A stretch of DNA of 48,257 nucleotides from Desulfurococcales archaeon (GTDB taxonomy: Archaea; Thermoproteota; Thermoprotei_A; Sulfolobales; Ignicoccaceae), in assembly GCA_027081755.1 (NCBI GenBank), contig JALWJF010000071.1, positions 1-48,257 of the forward strand. The letters run 5' to 3'. A program made the translations under genes and the position numbers. This document shows, in pieces, positions 18,142 to 28,157 of the stretch. Every line of letters begins with the position of its first letter. Position 1 is the first letter of the stretch. Below the pieces are notes generated by a model. That model was not told the origin of the DNA and did not search any database. It saw only the letters and a program-made list of their open reading frames with translations.

Positions 18142-18353
18142 GTGTGCTCCCTCTAGGACCATGTCATCGTGATTTTAATCTTAGCTATGTCTGCATGCTG
18201 TCCTTGGTAGCCTTTCAGAGGCTAAGAGAAGCTTACTTCTTATTTTTCGCTTCTCAACTCAAATGGTGATAAATGTTCGTTTCCCTAATGAAGCTAAGAA
18301 TTTCGTTTTGTTCCCTTGACCTCAAGATGATAATAACGAGAATAAAGCCTTTC

Positions 18354-19052
18354 TTACTTGAGCTTGATCAAAGCAATGATTATTCCAACAACAATGCTTA
18401 CCCACATGGTTGCCAACAATCCAATTATCCACTTGAGCATAGTGTTGAAGGTGCTTCTGAGTTCGTTCATTTCGTTTCTGAGTTCCCTTATGTCCTCTTT
18501 AGTGGCCATCTTGGCTTTGATATCATCTATCTCTTTTCTCAGCCTAGCCTCAACCTCTTTCAGCCCTTCCTTGCTTGCCATATTGTTTTTGATCTCCTCT
18601 ATCTCTTTACTCAGTTTAGTCTCAGTTTCCTTCAGCTCTTCTTTGGTCGCAACCTTCCTCTCAAGTTCAACCAGCTCGTCTTTCGTTACCATATTCCTTT
18701 CAATCTCGTTCAACCTCGTCTCAAGCTTCTGAAAGTCATCCTTGGTTGTCATTTTCTTCTCGATTTCGTTTAGCCTCGACTCAAGCTCCTTCAGATCGCT
18801 CTTAGTTGCAACAGTCCTCATTAGTTCAGCTATTTCCTTTCTGAGTTCAAAGAGTTCTTGTTTGGTTGCAAGCTCTTTTAGCCTCGATTCGAGCTTTTCT
18901 ATGTCCTCTTTTGTGGCCAAATCTTTAAGAAGCTTGTTAACGATTGCCTTCGTGAAATCTGGATCGATCATGAGCTTATAAGCAATTGCACTGATGAGCT
19001 TATCTCCCTTGCCTTCCATTATCTCTTTGGCAAGTTGGTCGGAAAGGGACAA
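18354..19052 (-). CDS. Membrane-anchored coiled-coil protein with repeated xATKED beta-layer motifs (DUF1640/CCDC90-like)
   Basis: Eight ATKxD/E-type hexads separated by heptad segments; C-terminal TM helix KWIIGLLATMWVSIVVGIII. Confidence 0.8.
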   Translation of the reverse strand: MSLSDQLAKEIMEGKGDKLISAIAYKLMIDPDFTKAIVNKLLKDLATKEDIEKLESRLKELATKQELFELRKEIAELMRTVATKSDLKELESRLNEIEKKMTTKDDFQKLETRLNEIERNMVTKDELVELERKVATKEELKETETKLSKEIEEIKNNMASKEGLKEVEARLRKEIDDIKAKMATKEDIRELRNEMNELRSTFNTMLKWIIGLLATMWVSIVVGIIIALIKLK

Positions 19053-19142
19053 ATTGGAGTCCCCATTATTCCGTTAACCAGGATAATAAAAGGAGGGAGT
19101 GTGAATCAAGAGAGAAGTGAGGAGATGAACCCAATGCTTTCC

Positions 19143-20498
19143 TTAGAGGAACATGTCCTTGAACTTTTCTACGTACTGCACGCTCTCCTTGACGTCCACG
19201 AACCTCTTGATGGCCTCGTCTACGTCCTCCGGCGTTATCTCTTCCCTTCCTTCCCTCCTAGCTATGGTGTAGGCCGGCTGTAGCAAGTTTAATGCGTACC
19301 TCAAGCTCTTTTGCTCGCCCAGCTCGGCTAGCTTCTCTAGAGCAGCTTCACTGACCTTTACTCCTTCCTCCTCGGCCCTTATCTTGAGTATCTCCTTTAT
19401 TTCATCCTTGTTGTATGGCCTAGTCCTAACTATCAGTAGCCTGTCCAACATGTCTAGGGGCATTCCGTGGGGTGCCACCTCGTCAGTTCCCCTTATCTTG
19501 GCCTTGCCTCTGTTGGTAGCCAACACTATTATAGGTGCGAACTCCTTCTCCATGGCTCTAGACAAGAAGCTGAAAACCTCTAGGTCCAGTAGGTGAGCGT
19601 CGTCAATGAATAGCACTCCGGGCACTAGCTCAGCCCTCCCGTTCTTTATCCACTCGGCAACCATCTTGTCCACTTGCTTTCTGACCTCGTCCGTAACGCT
19701 CTCAGGTCCTAGACCAGCTAGCAAGCTCAATGGAGCTTGTTGGGCAGCGAAGTAGGTGTCTAGGTCGTGCAGACTGATCGTGTAGACCACTTCCTTCTCC
19801 TTTCTAACGGGTCCCTTAGGTATGTTCACCTCCCTTATCAGCCTGATGCCTCCCTCTTCCCTCTTTTCCTCCCTAGCCCTTCCCAGCTTGTACACTCTCC
19901 CGGCGTCCGCATCTATGGCTATTATGTCCCCCCTCTTCACGCCTAATTGCCTAAGCTGTAAGGCAATGTCCTCATCTACGGTTAGGGTTACGCTATCGTC
20001 TTCAGTCTCTAGGGTCAGCCTGGCCTCTCTGGGTATCTTCACGTACGGGTTAAGCGGGTGCCTAGCCACCCTGAACTTTAAGTCTCTGACCACTCCCTCG
20101 TAGACGGTCCTCTTCTCCTTCACCCTAACGCCTATGGCCCTCCTCATCGCTTGCATTAGTAGCTCGCTCTTCCTCGGCGAACCCATTATTTCTGCCCCTC
20201 CTAGTGCCACGAACGGGGTATCCTCTCCCAGCTCCTTAGCAAGGCCTATGGCTAAGGCAGTCTTGCCGGTTCCCGGAGGCCCCACTATTAGTACTCCCCT
20301 TCCGGCCATCTTTCCTTCTCTGACCATTTGGGCGACGACACCTAAGGCTTCCCTAGCTTCCTCTTGGCCGACTAGGCCATCAGCGACCTTTATTGCTTTA
20401 CCTTTCTCGTCTAAGCCTAAGCCCCTAATGTGGGTATGGAAGCCCACTCTGGTCTCGCTGACCTTCGGTATTTCCTTAATCTCCCTTATCTCTGCCAT
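19143..20498 (-). CDS. TIP49/RuvB-like AAA+ ATPase (TBP-interacting protein)
   Basis: HTHIRGLGLD, GLVGQEEAREA, GPPGTGKT, PGVLFIDDAH, ATNRG, PHGMPLDMLDRLLI, SLRYA motifs. Confidence 0.95.
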   Translation of the reverse strand: MAEIREIKEIPKVSETRVGFHTHIRGLGLDEKGKAIKVADGLVGQEEAREALGVVAQMVREGKMAGRGVLIVGPPGTGKTALAIGLAKELGEDTPFVALGGAEIMGSPRKSELLMQAMRRAIGVRVKEKRTVYEGVVRDLKFRVARHPLNPYVKIPREARLTLETEDDSVTLTVDEDIALQLRQLGVKRGDIIAIDADAGRVYKLGRAREEKREEGGIRLIREVNIPKGPVRKEKEVVYTISLHDLDTYFAAQQAPLSLLAGLGPESVTDEVRKQVDKMVAEWIKNGRAELVPGVLFIDDAHLLDLEVFSFLSRAMEKEFAPIIVLATNRGKAKIRGTDEVAPHGMPLDMLDRLLIVRTRPYNKDEIKEILKIRAEEEGVKVSEAALEKLAELGEQKSLRYALNLLQPAYTIARREGREEITPEDVDEAIKRFVDVKESVQYVEKFKDMFL

Positions 20499-20539
20499 TG
20501 AGTATCACCGTGACCCCCTCGTATCGCTTCTATAAAAGT

Positions 20540-23125
20540 TTAACGCCTTTTCCTCAGCATCGAGAGGATTGTCATGACCACTGGGTTGAGGAACACAGCG
20601 TTTAAGGCCGCGAAGAGGGCGGAGAAGCCCAATGCTAAGCCCATCTGCTTTAGCCCCACTGCAGAAGCTATGAGCATTCCAAAGTACGCTGAAGCCATTA
20701 TGCTCGCAAGTCCCAGTATAACTACTGCAACGCTCTTTAGGGGAGCCCAGAACGGTTCCCTCGTACCCTTCTTTATTTCCTCTATGACTCTGCTTATGTA
20801 GAACACGTTGTAGTCAGTGCCTATGCCTAAGGTGGCTACGAATGCTATTAAAGGTATTATCCAATACAGAGTGTTTCCGAACATTGTTGTTGAGAGTATA
20901 TGTGATACCACGACAGCCCATGAGATCGCTGCAGTTAAGCCAAATGCTGCGCTTATGACCGGGATGATCCTCCTCACCGCTAGGAATAGAACTATCATGG
21001 TTGCCAATATTGCAAACGGCGCTACTCTGCTCCAGAAAGCTTCAGTTACCAAGACTTTAGTGTCTAATAGCTCAGCAGGCATACCTCCTACTAGCCAACC
21101 TTGAGGTCTTATTTTTCTTATTTCCTTAACGACTTGTATTGCTTGTGAACTGAATGGTTGGACGTTAAGTATAATCATTATCAAGGAATGATTATCAGAT
21201 ATTAGTTTCTTGTTCTCTTCAGGTCCTATAACCGCCGCTACGTAGGGCATATGCTTTATCTTCGATTCAAGACTCTTTATCATATTCATATTCTTGTTAC
21301 CCACTACGTATAGAGGTCCCCATGCTCCGGCAGGGAAGTACTTGGGGAACTGCACGAGTGCCTCATAAATCTCAGTACCTCTTGGTATGAACAGTCTGGT
21401 ATCGCTAGTACCGGTGTAAGTGACATAGAAGTATAAGCTTGGTATTGTTATGGCAATCGATAAAGCAAATATCAGTATCACAACGCTCAGCCTAGGCGGT
21501 CTAACCTTAACATCGCTCTCCTCTTTAACTTTGAGACCACCGGGCCACCAGAACCACTTCTTTTCTCCAATTATTCCTAGAATTTCGGGTAACATGGTTA
21601 TTGCTGCCGCTGCTGTAGCGAGTACGGTGAGAGGTATGGTTATACCCATACTATTTAGCATTAATGTGCCAGATAGTGCTAGGGATAAGAAGCCCAGAGA
21701 TGCAGCTATAGCTGATATGCCGACAGCGTGCCCAGCTCTCTTGGCAGCTATTTTGGCCGCTTCCTTGGGTCCCAAGCCTTTGTGAGCTTCTTCCTTAAAT
21801 CTTGAAAGTATGAAAATGCTATAGTCCATACCTAAACCTAGTCCAGTTGTCATCATTAGCGTCTTTGCTATGTGATATATTGGCGTTATATGCCCTATGA
21901 AGAATGCTAACGCCATTCCCGTCACAATACCTATTCCAACTACTATGAACGGTATTATTGTGGCTACAAGTGACCTAGTCAAACCAAAAAGTACAGCCAA
22001 GACTAGGACGTGACTAAGTTCTTGGACCCTTTCAGCATCTTTAATATCAGCTTCTTGTATTTCTTTAGATATAACCGAAGGACCTAGTACATAAACCTTT
22101 TTTAATATATTTTTACCGTATTTGATTGCCAGTTTCTTTAATTTCAGAGCCGTTTTGTAATTGTTTGTGGAGGCTCTTATGCTTATAGCTGTCCACTTCT
22201 TGGACAAGAAAGTTGAGAATATTATACTCTTGGACTTCTTCAGTATCACACTTAAGGCAATGTTCCTCAGATTAGGTCTCTTACCATAATAGGCGTCAAC
22301 GATTATCTCCTTTGCTTCCTCTATGTTAATCTTTTTAGAGAACCATCTCGCGAAGCAGTTAACAGCACTGGGTTCTACTTCCTTGATATATTTCTTCAAT
22401 GCTTTCCTCAACCCTTCATAGTCCATGGGATATTGCATCCATAGCTGAAGGCCTTTAACTTTAGGTTCTAATTCTTTATATAAGCATTTAAGATAATGTT
22501 TCGCATAATCATTCTTTAAAACAGTACAGAGTTTCTGATAGGCGACTTTTAGCGTGAATGCTTCATCTACTGTAGTTGGATCTATGTGGCTTGCCTTTAC
22601 CTTTTCGTATAATATCTTGGCTATGTTCATCATTTTTTGCAACGGTGTACCAGTCAATATTGCGCTTAATGTACTCATCGCTTCGGTTTTATTCATGCTA
22701 TAAATTCCATTCATTACCATAATATAATGAAGGATATCCACTGCTGCCCAGTAGCTCGCTAGACCGTTTTCAACACCGTTATACATATTTTTGAAATTCT
22801 TAGCAGCATTATAGAGTTTGCTTAAGTTCTTGGTTACGTTATTCCATATATCATAAAAGCTTAACAGTTTGACAGTTGTTGAGTTTTTGAGTTCGTAGTA
22901 CCATTTTTCATATATGGGGTCTGTCGCATTACCTTTGAGTATTACGAATAGTAAGGTATTGTTCTTTACGTCTTTGAAATACTTGTTAATAATCATTTTC
23001 GCTTTGTACGACTCAGCTTGTGGTGGCAACATGGCCGTTTCACTATATACCAATACCTTGTCTAACTGCGATGCAAAGAAGAGTGCAATTATGAAAACTG
23101 CTATCCAAGCCAGTGTTCTTTTCAT
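20540..23125 (-). CDS. MMPL/RND superfamily transporter
   Basis: Two membrane repeats with GLGMDYSIFILSRFKEE and GIGTDYNVFYISRVIEE; large extracytoplasmic loop; start at ATG 23125. Confidence 0.9.
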   Translation of the reverse strand: MKRTLAWIAVFIIALFFASQLDKVLVYSETAMLPPQAESYKAKMIINKYFKDVKNNTLLFVILKGNATDPIYEKWYYELKNSTTVKLLSFYDIWNNVTKNLSKLYNAAKNFKNMYNGVENGLASYWAAVDILHYIMVMNGIYSMNKTEAMSTLSAILTGTPLQKMMNIAKILYEKVKASHIDPTTVDEAFTLKVAYQKLCTVLKNDYAKHYLKCLYKELEPKVKGLQLWMQYPMDYEGLRKALKKYIKEVEPSAVNCFARWFSKKINIEEAKEIIVDAYYGKRPNLRNIALSVILKKSKSIIFSTFLSKKWTAISIRASTNNYKTALKLKKLAIKYGKNILKKVYVLGPSVISKEIQEADIKDAERVQELSHVLVLAVLFGLTRSLVATIIPFIVVGIGIVTGMALAFFIGHITPIYHIAKTLMMTTGLGLGMDYSIFILSRFKEEAHKGLGPKEAAKIAAKRAGHAVGISAIAASLGFLSLALSGTLMLNSMGITIPLTVLATAAAAITMLPEILGIIGEKKWFWWPGGLKVKEESDVKVRPPRLSVVILIFALSIAITIPSLYFYVTYTGTSDTRLFIPRGTEIYEALVQFPKYFPAGAWGPLYVVGNKNMNMIKSLESKIKHMPYVAAVIGPEENKKLISDNHSLIMIILNVQPFSSQAIQVVKEIRKIRPQGWLVGGMPAELLDTKVLVTEAFWSRVAPFAILATMIVLFLAVRRIIPVISAAFGLTAAISWAVVVSHILSTTMFGNTLYWIIPLIAFVATLGIGTDYNVFYISRVIEEIKKGTREPFWAPLKSVAVVILGLASIMASAYFGMLIASAVGLKQMGLALGFSALFAALNAVFLNPVVMTILSMLRKRR

Positions 23126-23161
23126 ACTCCTCCCAGTGTGCTTTCGACACGCTATTTTAAA

Positions 23162-23220
23162 GACCTCCCTATGCGTGCAAATCCTCACCTCTCAGTCGGG
23201 GCGCACAACGGTCATCGGCC
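23162..23220 (-). ncRNA. Candidate C/D-box guide sRNA, possibly targeting 16S rRNA
   Basis: GGCC-GAT-GA-CC...GTGCGCCCCG-A-CTGA-GAG-GTGAGGA-TTTGCACGCAT-A-GG-GA-GGTC; terminal stem, k-turn and internal D'/C' boxes; TTTATA about 25 nt upstream. Confidence 0.68.
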
Positions 23221-23279
23221 GTTATGTTGTGTATAAATCTGTATAAACCCTCTAAATCGATATTCACGTGGTCCGACAG

Positions 23280-24938
23280 ATGAGAAGAAGCGAGATATTT
23301 CTCAAACCAGAATTTGCACCCCATAGAGCCCTTTGGAAAGCCTCTGGACTAATAGAAGAAGAGCTCAAAAGACCATTAATAGGCGTTGCTAACGCTTGGA
23401 ACGAGATAGTCCCCGGACACGTGCATTTAGACAAGGTAGCAAAGGCCGTAAAGGCCGGAATACGAATGGCTGGGGGAACGCCACTAGAGTTTGGTACCAT
23501 AGGAGTATGTGATGGTATAGCTATGGGTCATGAAGGCATGAGGTATTCCCTACCTTCTAGGGAAGTGATAGCTGATACGGTTGAAATAATGGTTGAAGCA
23601 CATAGGCTAGATGCGGTCGTTATGGTTACCAATTGTGATAAGATAACTCCTGGCTTTCTATTGGCTGCTGCTAGACTGGAAGTTCCAGTAATAATGATTA
23701 ATGGCGGACCTATGATGCCCGGCGTATACGATCACCAAAGGATAGACTTCAAGGATCTAATGGAGAATATGAACGTACTGGTTAAAGAAGGTAAGCCAGA
23801 TGAGCTAAGGAAGCTCGAAGAGAGTGCTCTCCCCGGTCCCGGCAGTTGTGCGGGCTTGTTTACTGCTAACACAATGAATATACTAAGCGAAGCAATGGGA
23901 ATGATGCTTCCCGGGGCTTCCACTGTTCCGGCCGTTGAGGCGAGGAGAATATGGTATGCGAAGTGGACAGGGATGAGAATTGTAAAAATGATTGAGGAAG
24001 GTCTAACACCAGACAAGATATTAACTAGGAAGGCACTTGAAAACGCTATAGCTGTTGATATGGCCTTAGGAGGTTCCACAAATTCCGTCCTTCATTTGGA
24101 GGCATTAGCATACGAATTAGGAGTAGACTTGCCGTTAGAGGTGTTCGATGAAATATCTAAAAAAGTCCCCCATATAGTAGACATCTCTCCTTCTGGAAAG
24201 CATTTCGTTGTAGATTTGGATAGAGCTGGAGGAGTACCAGCTGTCATGAAAAGACTTGCTGAAGCGGGATTAATACATAAGGACGCTCTTACAGTAACCG
24301 GCAAAACGGTGTGGGAAAATGTAAAGAATGCTATAGTAAAGGATGAAAATGTTATAAGACCTTTAGACAAGCCCTATCACCCGTTTGGAGGATTAGCCAT
24401 ACTCAAAGGTACCTTGGCTCCAAATGGGGCTGTTGTGAAGGCTTCAGCCGTCAAGAAAGAGTTGTGGAAGTTCAAGGGCAAAGCGAAAGTATTTGATCAA
24501 GAAGAAGATGCAGTAAAGGCAATAAGGAATGGAGAAATAGAGCCTGGAACAGTCATCGTGATAAGGTATGAGGGTCCAAGGGGAGGCCCCGGAATGAGGG
24601 AAATGCTTACGGCTACAGCGGCAGTTATGGCACTGGGACTTGGTGATAAAGTAGCACTGGTAACTGATGGTAGATTCTCCGGAGCGACCAGAGGTCCGGC
24701 CATAGGTCACGTTTCTCCAGAGGCAGCAGTGGGCGGCCCCATCGCTTTAGTTCAAGACGGTGACGAGATACTTATCGATATAGAGAATAGGAGGTTAGAC
24801 TTGCTAGTTGATGAAAAGGAACTGCAAAGGAGGAAAGAAGTGTGGAAGCCAAAGGTTAAGCCACTGAGGAGAGGCATACTTAGGAGATACGCGAGGATGG
24901 CCCTAAGTGCCGATAAGGGAGGTGCCCTAGAGTACTGA
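23280..24938 (+). CDS. ilvD: Dihydroxy-acid dehydratase
   Basis: [56 protein letters not shown] motifs. Confidence 0.98.
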   Translation: MRRSEIFLKPEFAPHRALWKASGLIEEELKRPLIGVANAWNEIVPGHVHLDKVAKAVKAGIRMAGGTPLEFGTIGVCDGIAMGHEGMRYSLPSREVIADTVEIMVEAHRLDAVVMVTNCDKITPGFLLAAARLEVPVIMINGGPMMPGVYDHQRIDFKDLMENMNVLVKEGKPDELRKLEESALPGPGSCAGLFTANTMNILSEAMGMMLPGASTVPAVEARRIWYAKWTGMRIVKMIEEGLTPDKILTRKALENAIAVDMALGGSTNSVLHLEALAYELGVDLPLEVFDEISKKVPHIVDISPSGKHFVVDLDRAGGVPAVMKRLAEAGLIHKDALTVTGKTVWENVKNAIVKDENVIRPLDKPYHPFGGLAILKGTLAPNGAVVKASAVKKELWKFKGKAKVFDQEEDAVKAIRNGEIEPGTVIVIRYEGPRGGPGMREMLTATAAVMALGLGDKVALVTDGRFSGATRGPAIGHVSPEAAVGGPIALVQDGDEILIDIENRRLDLLVDEKELQRRKEVWKPKVKPLRRGILRRYARMALSADKGGALEY

Positions 24939-26420
24939 TCTCCACACTTCATAGCTCTCAAGGCCTAGACTTCTAATTAATTCCTTGTCACCCACTTTAT
25001 TGTTTAGCCATGGCTCATCATATCCTAGCCTCCAGGATTCCAGCTCTTTCAAATTTATCAAACCTTTTTCGTTAAGTTCAATTAGCATTTCGTTAGGTTT
25101 TTTCATCGTTAAGTTTTTCGATAATGGAACCTTTGCTAACGACAATGCTGCTTGAAGCCTTGCCCACTCTTCTGGATAGGTGTCTACATGCCTAAACAAT
25201 TCCAAGAATGGTTTGAAAGGAACGTTCTTAGGTATTGGGACACTTTGAAGGGGGGTCCACGGTTTAGGTATGAGGGGGTTCACGCTGACGTGTGCTTCCT
25301 TTCCAACAACTTCTCTGAGTCTCCTCGCATCTTCATTTGCGAGCTCTTCTCTTTCGCCCGGCAATAACATCATGTATACTTTTAATTTGAGCTTGTACTT
25401 GTTGGCAATCTCAACGACATTTTTTAATGAATCAAGAGTAAATCCCTTACCCAAGAAAGTTGCTTTCTCGGGAATAAGGGTTTCTGGAGCCACTGTCAAT
25501 GTCCTTTGACCAATCATTGATATCAGCTCTATTGTGTCTTCATCTAAAGTATCTATTCTTAAGCTAGGTACTGAACTCACTATCCCCTTCTCTTCTCTTA
25601 TCTTCGCTAACTCTTCTAGATAATCCTTAACCTTGTGGTAATCACCAAGATTCAAAGAAATAGTTATTATCTTTTCAAAGGGCTTATCTATATGCCTTAA
25701 TGTTTCTTTGATTATTTCTAGATTTCTTTCCCTAAATGGCTTGTTCACCCATCCCTCTAAGCAAAACCTACAGAACCATTTACATCCTCTTGTAACCTCT
25801 ATTAAGAAGCCTTTCCCCCATGGCGGTTCGACGCTCAGGGGTAGGAACTCCTTGGCTAGGGCTGGTCCTAGTTCTGATATCTCTTTTTTACCACATTTTT
25901 CTCGAGTAACTACACTATTCAGAGCAAAGAGATACTCTAAGTCTCCTGAGAGAAGCGCGTCCCCGAGTTTTGGTATGAAGGGCTCCGCATCCCCCAAGAC
26001 AACTGCATCAACTGAATCTAGTAGTGGTATGGGATTTGCCGTTACCGAGAGTCCGCCCGCTATCGTCGTGACTCCCTTTTTATTATACTTCACCAAGTAT
26101 GAAGCCAAGTACGGGTAGTCCAACTCAAAGGAAGCCGAAGCCAAGATTAGGTCAAACTTATGCAAGGGCGTACCCTTCTCTAAACTTCTTCCACACGAAT
26201 CCAAAGTAAACCTCTCGACATGTAATCCATGTGCTATAAGGAGAGCATATAGAAGTTGGAAACCCAAGCTCTGTGCTGCTACTCTATAAGGAGCTGGATA
26301 GAACAAGGCAACGTTTGGTCCTCTTCTGCTCATTAAGTCTATCAGCGGATTATACTCTAGTTCGTAGCTATCACAAAGCTTTACCTTCCTTATTTTTGAA
26401 GCCCTTTTTGCTTTCTTCAT
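24927..26420 (-). CDS. B12-binding-like radical SAM protein (COG1032-like)
   Basis: [13 protein letters not shown]; SFELDY; PSLRID; TVAPE; IPKPWTPLQ. Confidence 0.88.
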   Translation of the reverse strand: MKKAKRASKIRKVKLCDSYELEYNPLIDLMSRRGPNVALFYPAPYRVAAQSLGFQLLYALLIAHGLHVERFTLDSCGRSLEKGTPLHKFDLILASASFELDYPYLASYLVKYNKKGVTTIAGGLSVTANPIPLLDSVDAVVLGDAEPFIPKLGDALLSGDLEYLFALNSVVTREKCGKKEISELGPALAKEFLPLSVEPPWGKGFLIEVTRGCKWFCRFCLEGWVNKPFRERNLEIIKETLRHIDKPFEKIITISLNLGDYHKVKDYLEELAKIREEKGIVSSVPSLRIDTLDEDTIELISMIGQRTLTVAPETLIPEKATFLGKGFTLDSLKNVVEIANKYKLKLKVYMMLLPGEREELANEDARRLREVVGKEAHVSVNPLIPKPWTPLQSVPIPKNVPFKPFLELFRHVDTYPEEWARLQAALSLAKVPLSKNLTMKKPNEMLIELNEKGLINLKELESWRLGYDEPWLNNKVGDKELIRSLGLESYEVWRSVL

Positions 26421-26826
26421 GTTCTCTACCCGCGAGCCACTTAATGATCTCTCGGACATCTTCTGCATACACTTCTACAATTATAGCTCCCATGGGCGAT
26501 TCTATGTCTTCTTCTGCAAATGATGGCACACCCACAAATGCTGCTTGCTTATTTAATCTAAATATTAGAGTATTATGTTCGCCTTTGCTTATTTTCTTAA
26601 GATAGTAATAGAATGTCCCGTTAACAGCTCTGTACCTTATAGCACTTCTCAGAGGTTCTAGGCACCTAATATCTTCACATTTACCAACCCATGCTCCCCA
26701 GCCCTCTCCTCTTTCAACATACTCGAATTCCATATTGAAGAGTTTCTTTAATGCTCTAAGTACTTTTTTTGGATCTTCTGTGGGTCTTACCTCAGCTTCT
26801 ACTCTTACTAAGACCAAGGCCTTCAA
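26371..26826 (-). CDS. UPF0201/DUF54 putative RNA-binding protein
   Basis: EAEVRPTEDPKKV, LNKQAAFVG, SPMGAI motifs. Confidence 0.85.
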   Translation of the reverse strand: MKALVLVRVEAEVRPTEDPKKVLRALKKLFNMEFEYVERGEGWGAWVGKCEDIRCLEPLRSAIRYRAVNGTFYYYLKKISKGEHNTLIFRLNKQAAFVGVPSFAEEDIESPMGAIIVEVYAEDVREIIKWLAGREHEESKKGFKNKEGKAL

Positions 26827-27376
26827 CCACCTCCTTAGCTACTTCCTCCGGCGGTTTGTTAGTGGTATCTACAATTAAGTCTAGGATCTCGCTCTCTAAC
26901 CATTTGTTTACATATCGCCTTTCGAGTTCTTTTAAGTAACCGATGAATAGCGACCTTTGTTCTAAGAAAGGTCTGTAACGACAGCCCCCCTCGAAATTTA
27001 GTCTTTTAAAGTTAACTACAGGGTCGCATGTAAGCCAGACAAACTTATGTCCCTCATTTTTTAGTTCCTTTACGTATCTCATTATCCCGTCTGCTATATC
27101 TCTTACGTAGGGAGATATATCAGATTCGTTGATTATACCTTCTAGGAAGGGCGTACCTAAAATGTACAAGTGAACAGTTAATGGTGATTCATCTGCAACG
27201 TCACTTCCCAAGAGTTCTAGAACTTTTGAATAATAGAATACTTCAAACTCTAGTGGCCTAGCATCTGGATCATAACATATCTTATCCATCCTGCTACATC
27301 TAAGACCCCACTTTGCCAGATATTCACATGTAGTAGTTTTACCAGTACCGTTAAAACCGCCTAAGAAAATCGTAAT
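26792..27376 (-). CDS. P-loop nucleoside/nucleotide kinase-like protein (probable non-canonical start)
   Basis: The frame of 26792..27289 extends upstream through IFLGGFNGTGKTT; C-terminal IVDTTNKPPEEVAKE is typical of NMP kinases. Confidence 0.72.
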   Translation of the reverse strand: MTIFLGGFNGTGKTTTCEYLAKWGLRCSRMDKICYDPDARPLEFEVFYYSKVLELLGSDVADESPLTVHLYILGTPFLEGIINESDISPYVRDIADGIMRYVKELKNEGHKFVWLTCDPVVNFKRLNFEGGCRYRPFLEQRSLFIGYLKELERRYVNKWLESEILDLIVDTTNKPPEEVAKEVVEGLGLSKSRS

Positions 27377-27417
27377 GATCCTTTCACCGAGATCCCCTAA
27401 AGGTTTGGGGATAAAAG

Positions 27418-28074
27418 ATGGAAGTTGTAATATTTAGCACGGTCAGTCTAGATGGAAGGATAGCTAGTAAGACCGGTGATTCCAAACTCTCATGTGAGCA
27501 TGACTTGAGGCTCCTCCACAAGTGGAGGTGCTGGGCCGATGTTGTGCTAGTGGGAGCAAGGACAGCTATGATAGATAATCCGGGACTCTTCGTTAAAAGG
27601 TATCCTTGCCAGAGACAACCCTTCAGAGGCATCATTGATGGTTCGTTTAGTGTCCCGTATAATTTGAGGCTTTTCGAAGAAATGCCTTGGCTTAGTTTGA
27701 TCATAACTTCTTGGGAAGGCATTGAGGCAAATCAATGGAAGTATAAATACTTGATATCAAAAGGGGTTAGAGTACTAATAGCTGATGATAATAAGAGAAT
27801 GAGTATGAAGAAAGTAATTTTGAGGCTAAACGAGTTCGGAATAAGAAAGATATTAGTTGAGGGAGGCGGCTCTGTTAATTGGTCTTTAATAAAGGATGAT
27901 GTTGTCAATAATTTAGAAATAACCTATGTGGGTAAAGTGCTGGGCTCCGGCATCCAAGTAATTAACGGAGAAGGGTTCTCCACAATTCAAGAAGCACCGA
28001 GTTTCGTTCCCGAAAATATAAGGCTCTGCAAATGTGGTAAATGTGTCCATATAAGTTGGAGACGCTCTTTCTAA
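27418..28074 (+). CDS. 2,5-diamino-6-ribosylamino-4(3H)-pyrimidinone 5'-phosphate reductase (RibD C-terminal/Rib7 type)
   Basis: SLDGRIA, LVGARTAMIDNPGL, LVEGGG motifs. Confidence 0.9.
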   Translation: MEVVIFSTVSLDGRIASKTGDSKLSCEHDLRLLHKWRCWADVVLVGARTAMIDNPGLFVKRYPCQRQPFRGIIDGSFSVPYNLRLFEEMPWLSLIITSWEGIEANQWKYKYLISKGVRVLIADDNKRMSMKKVILRLNEFGIRKILVEGGGSVNWSLIKDDVVNNLEITYVGKVLGSGIQVINGEGFSTIQEAPSFVPENIRLCKCGKCVHISWRRSF

Positions 28075-28157
28075 ACAACTCTTAAGATAGGAAGTTCGAG
28101 TATTGTAGAAAGAATCTTTAAACCATTTCAAAATTTCATTACTCGAGAGTGAGAGTC

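Noticed and set aside
18273-18981. Long + strand ORFs over the coiled-coil gene
   Set aside because: Ser/Phe/Leu-rich antisense shadows of a Lys/Glu-rich repetitive gene.
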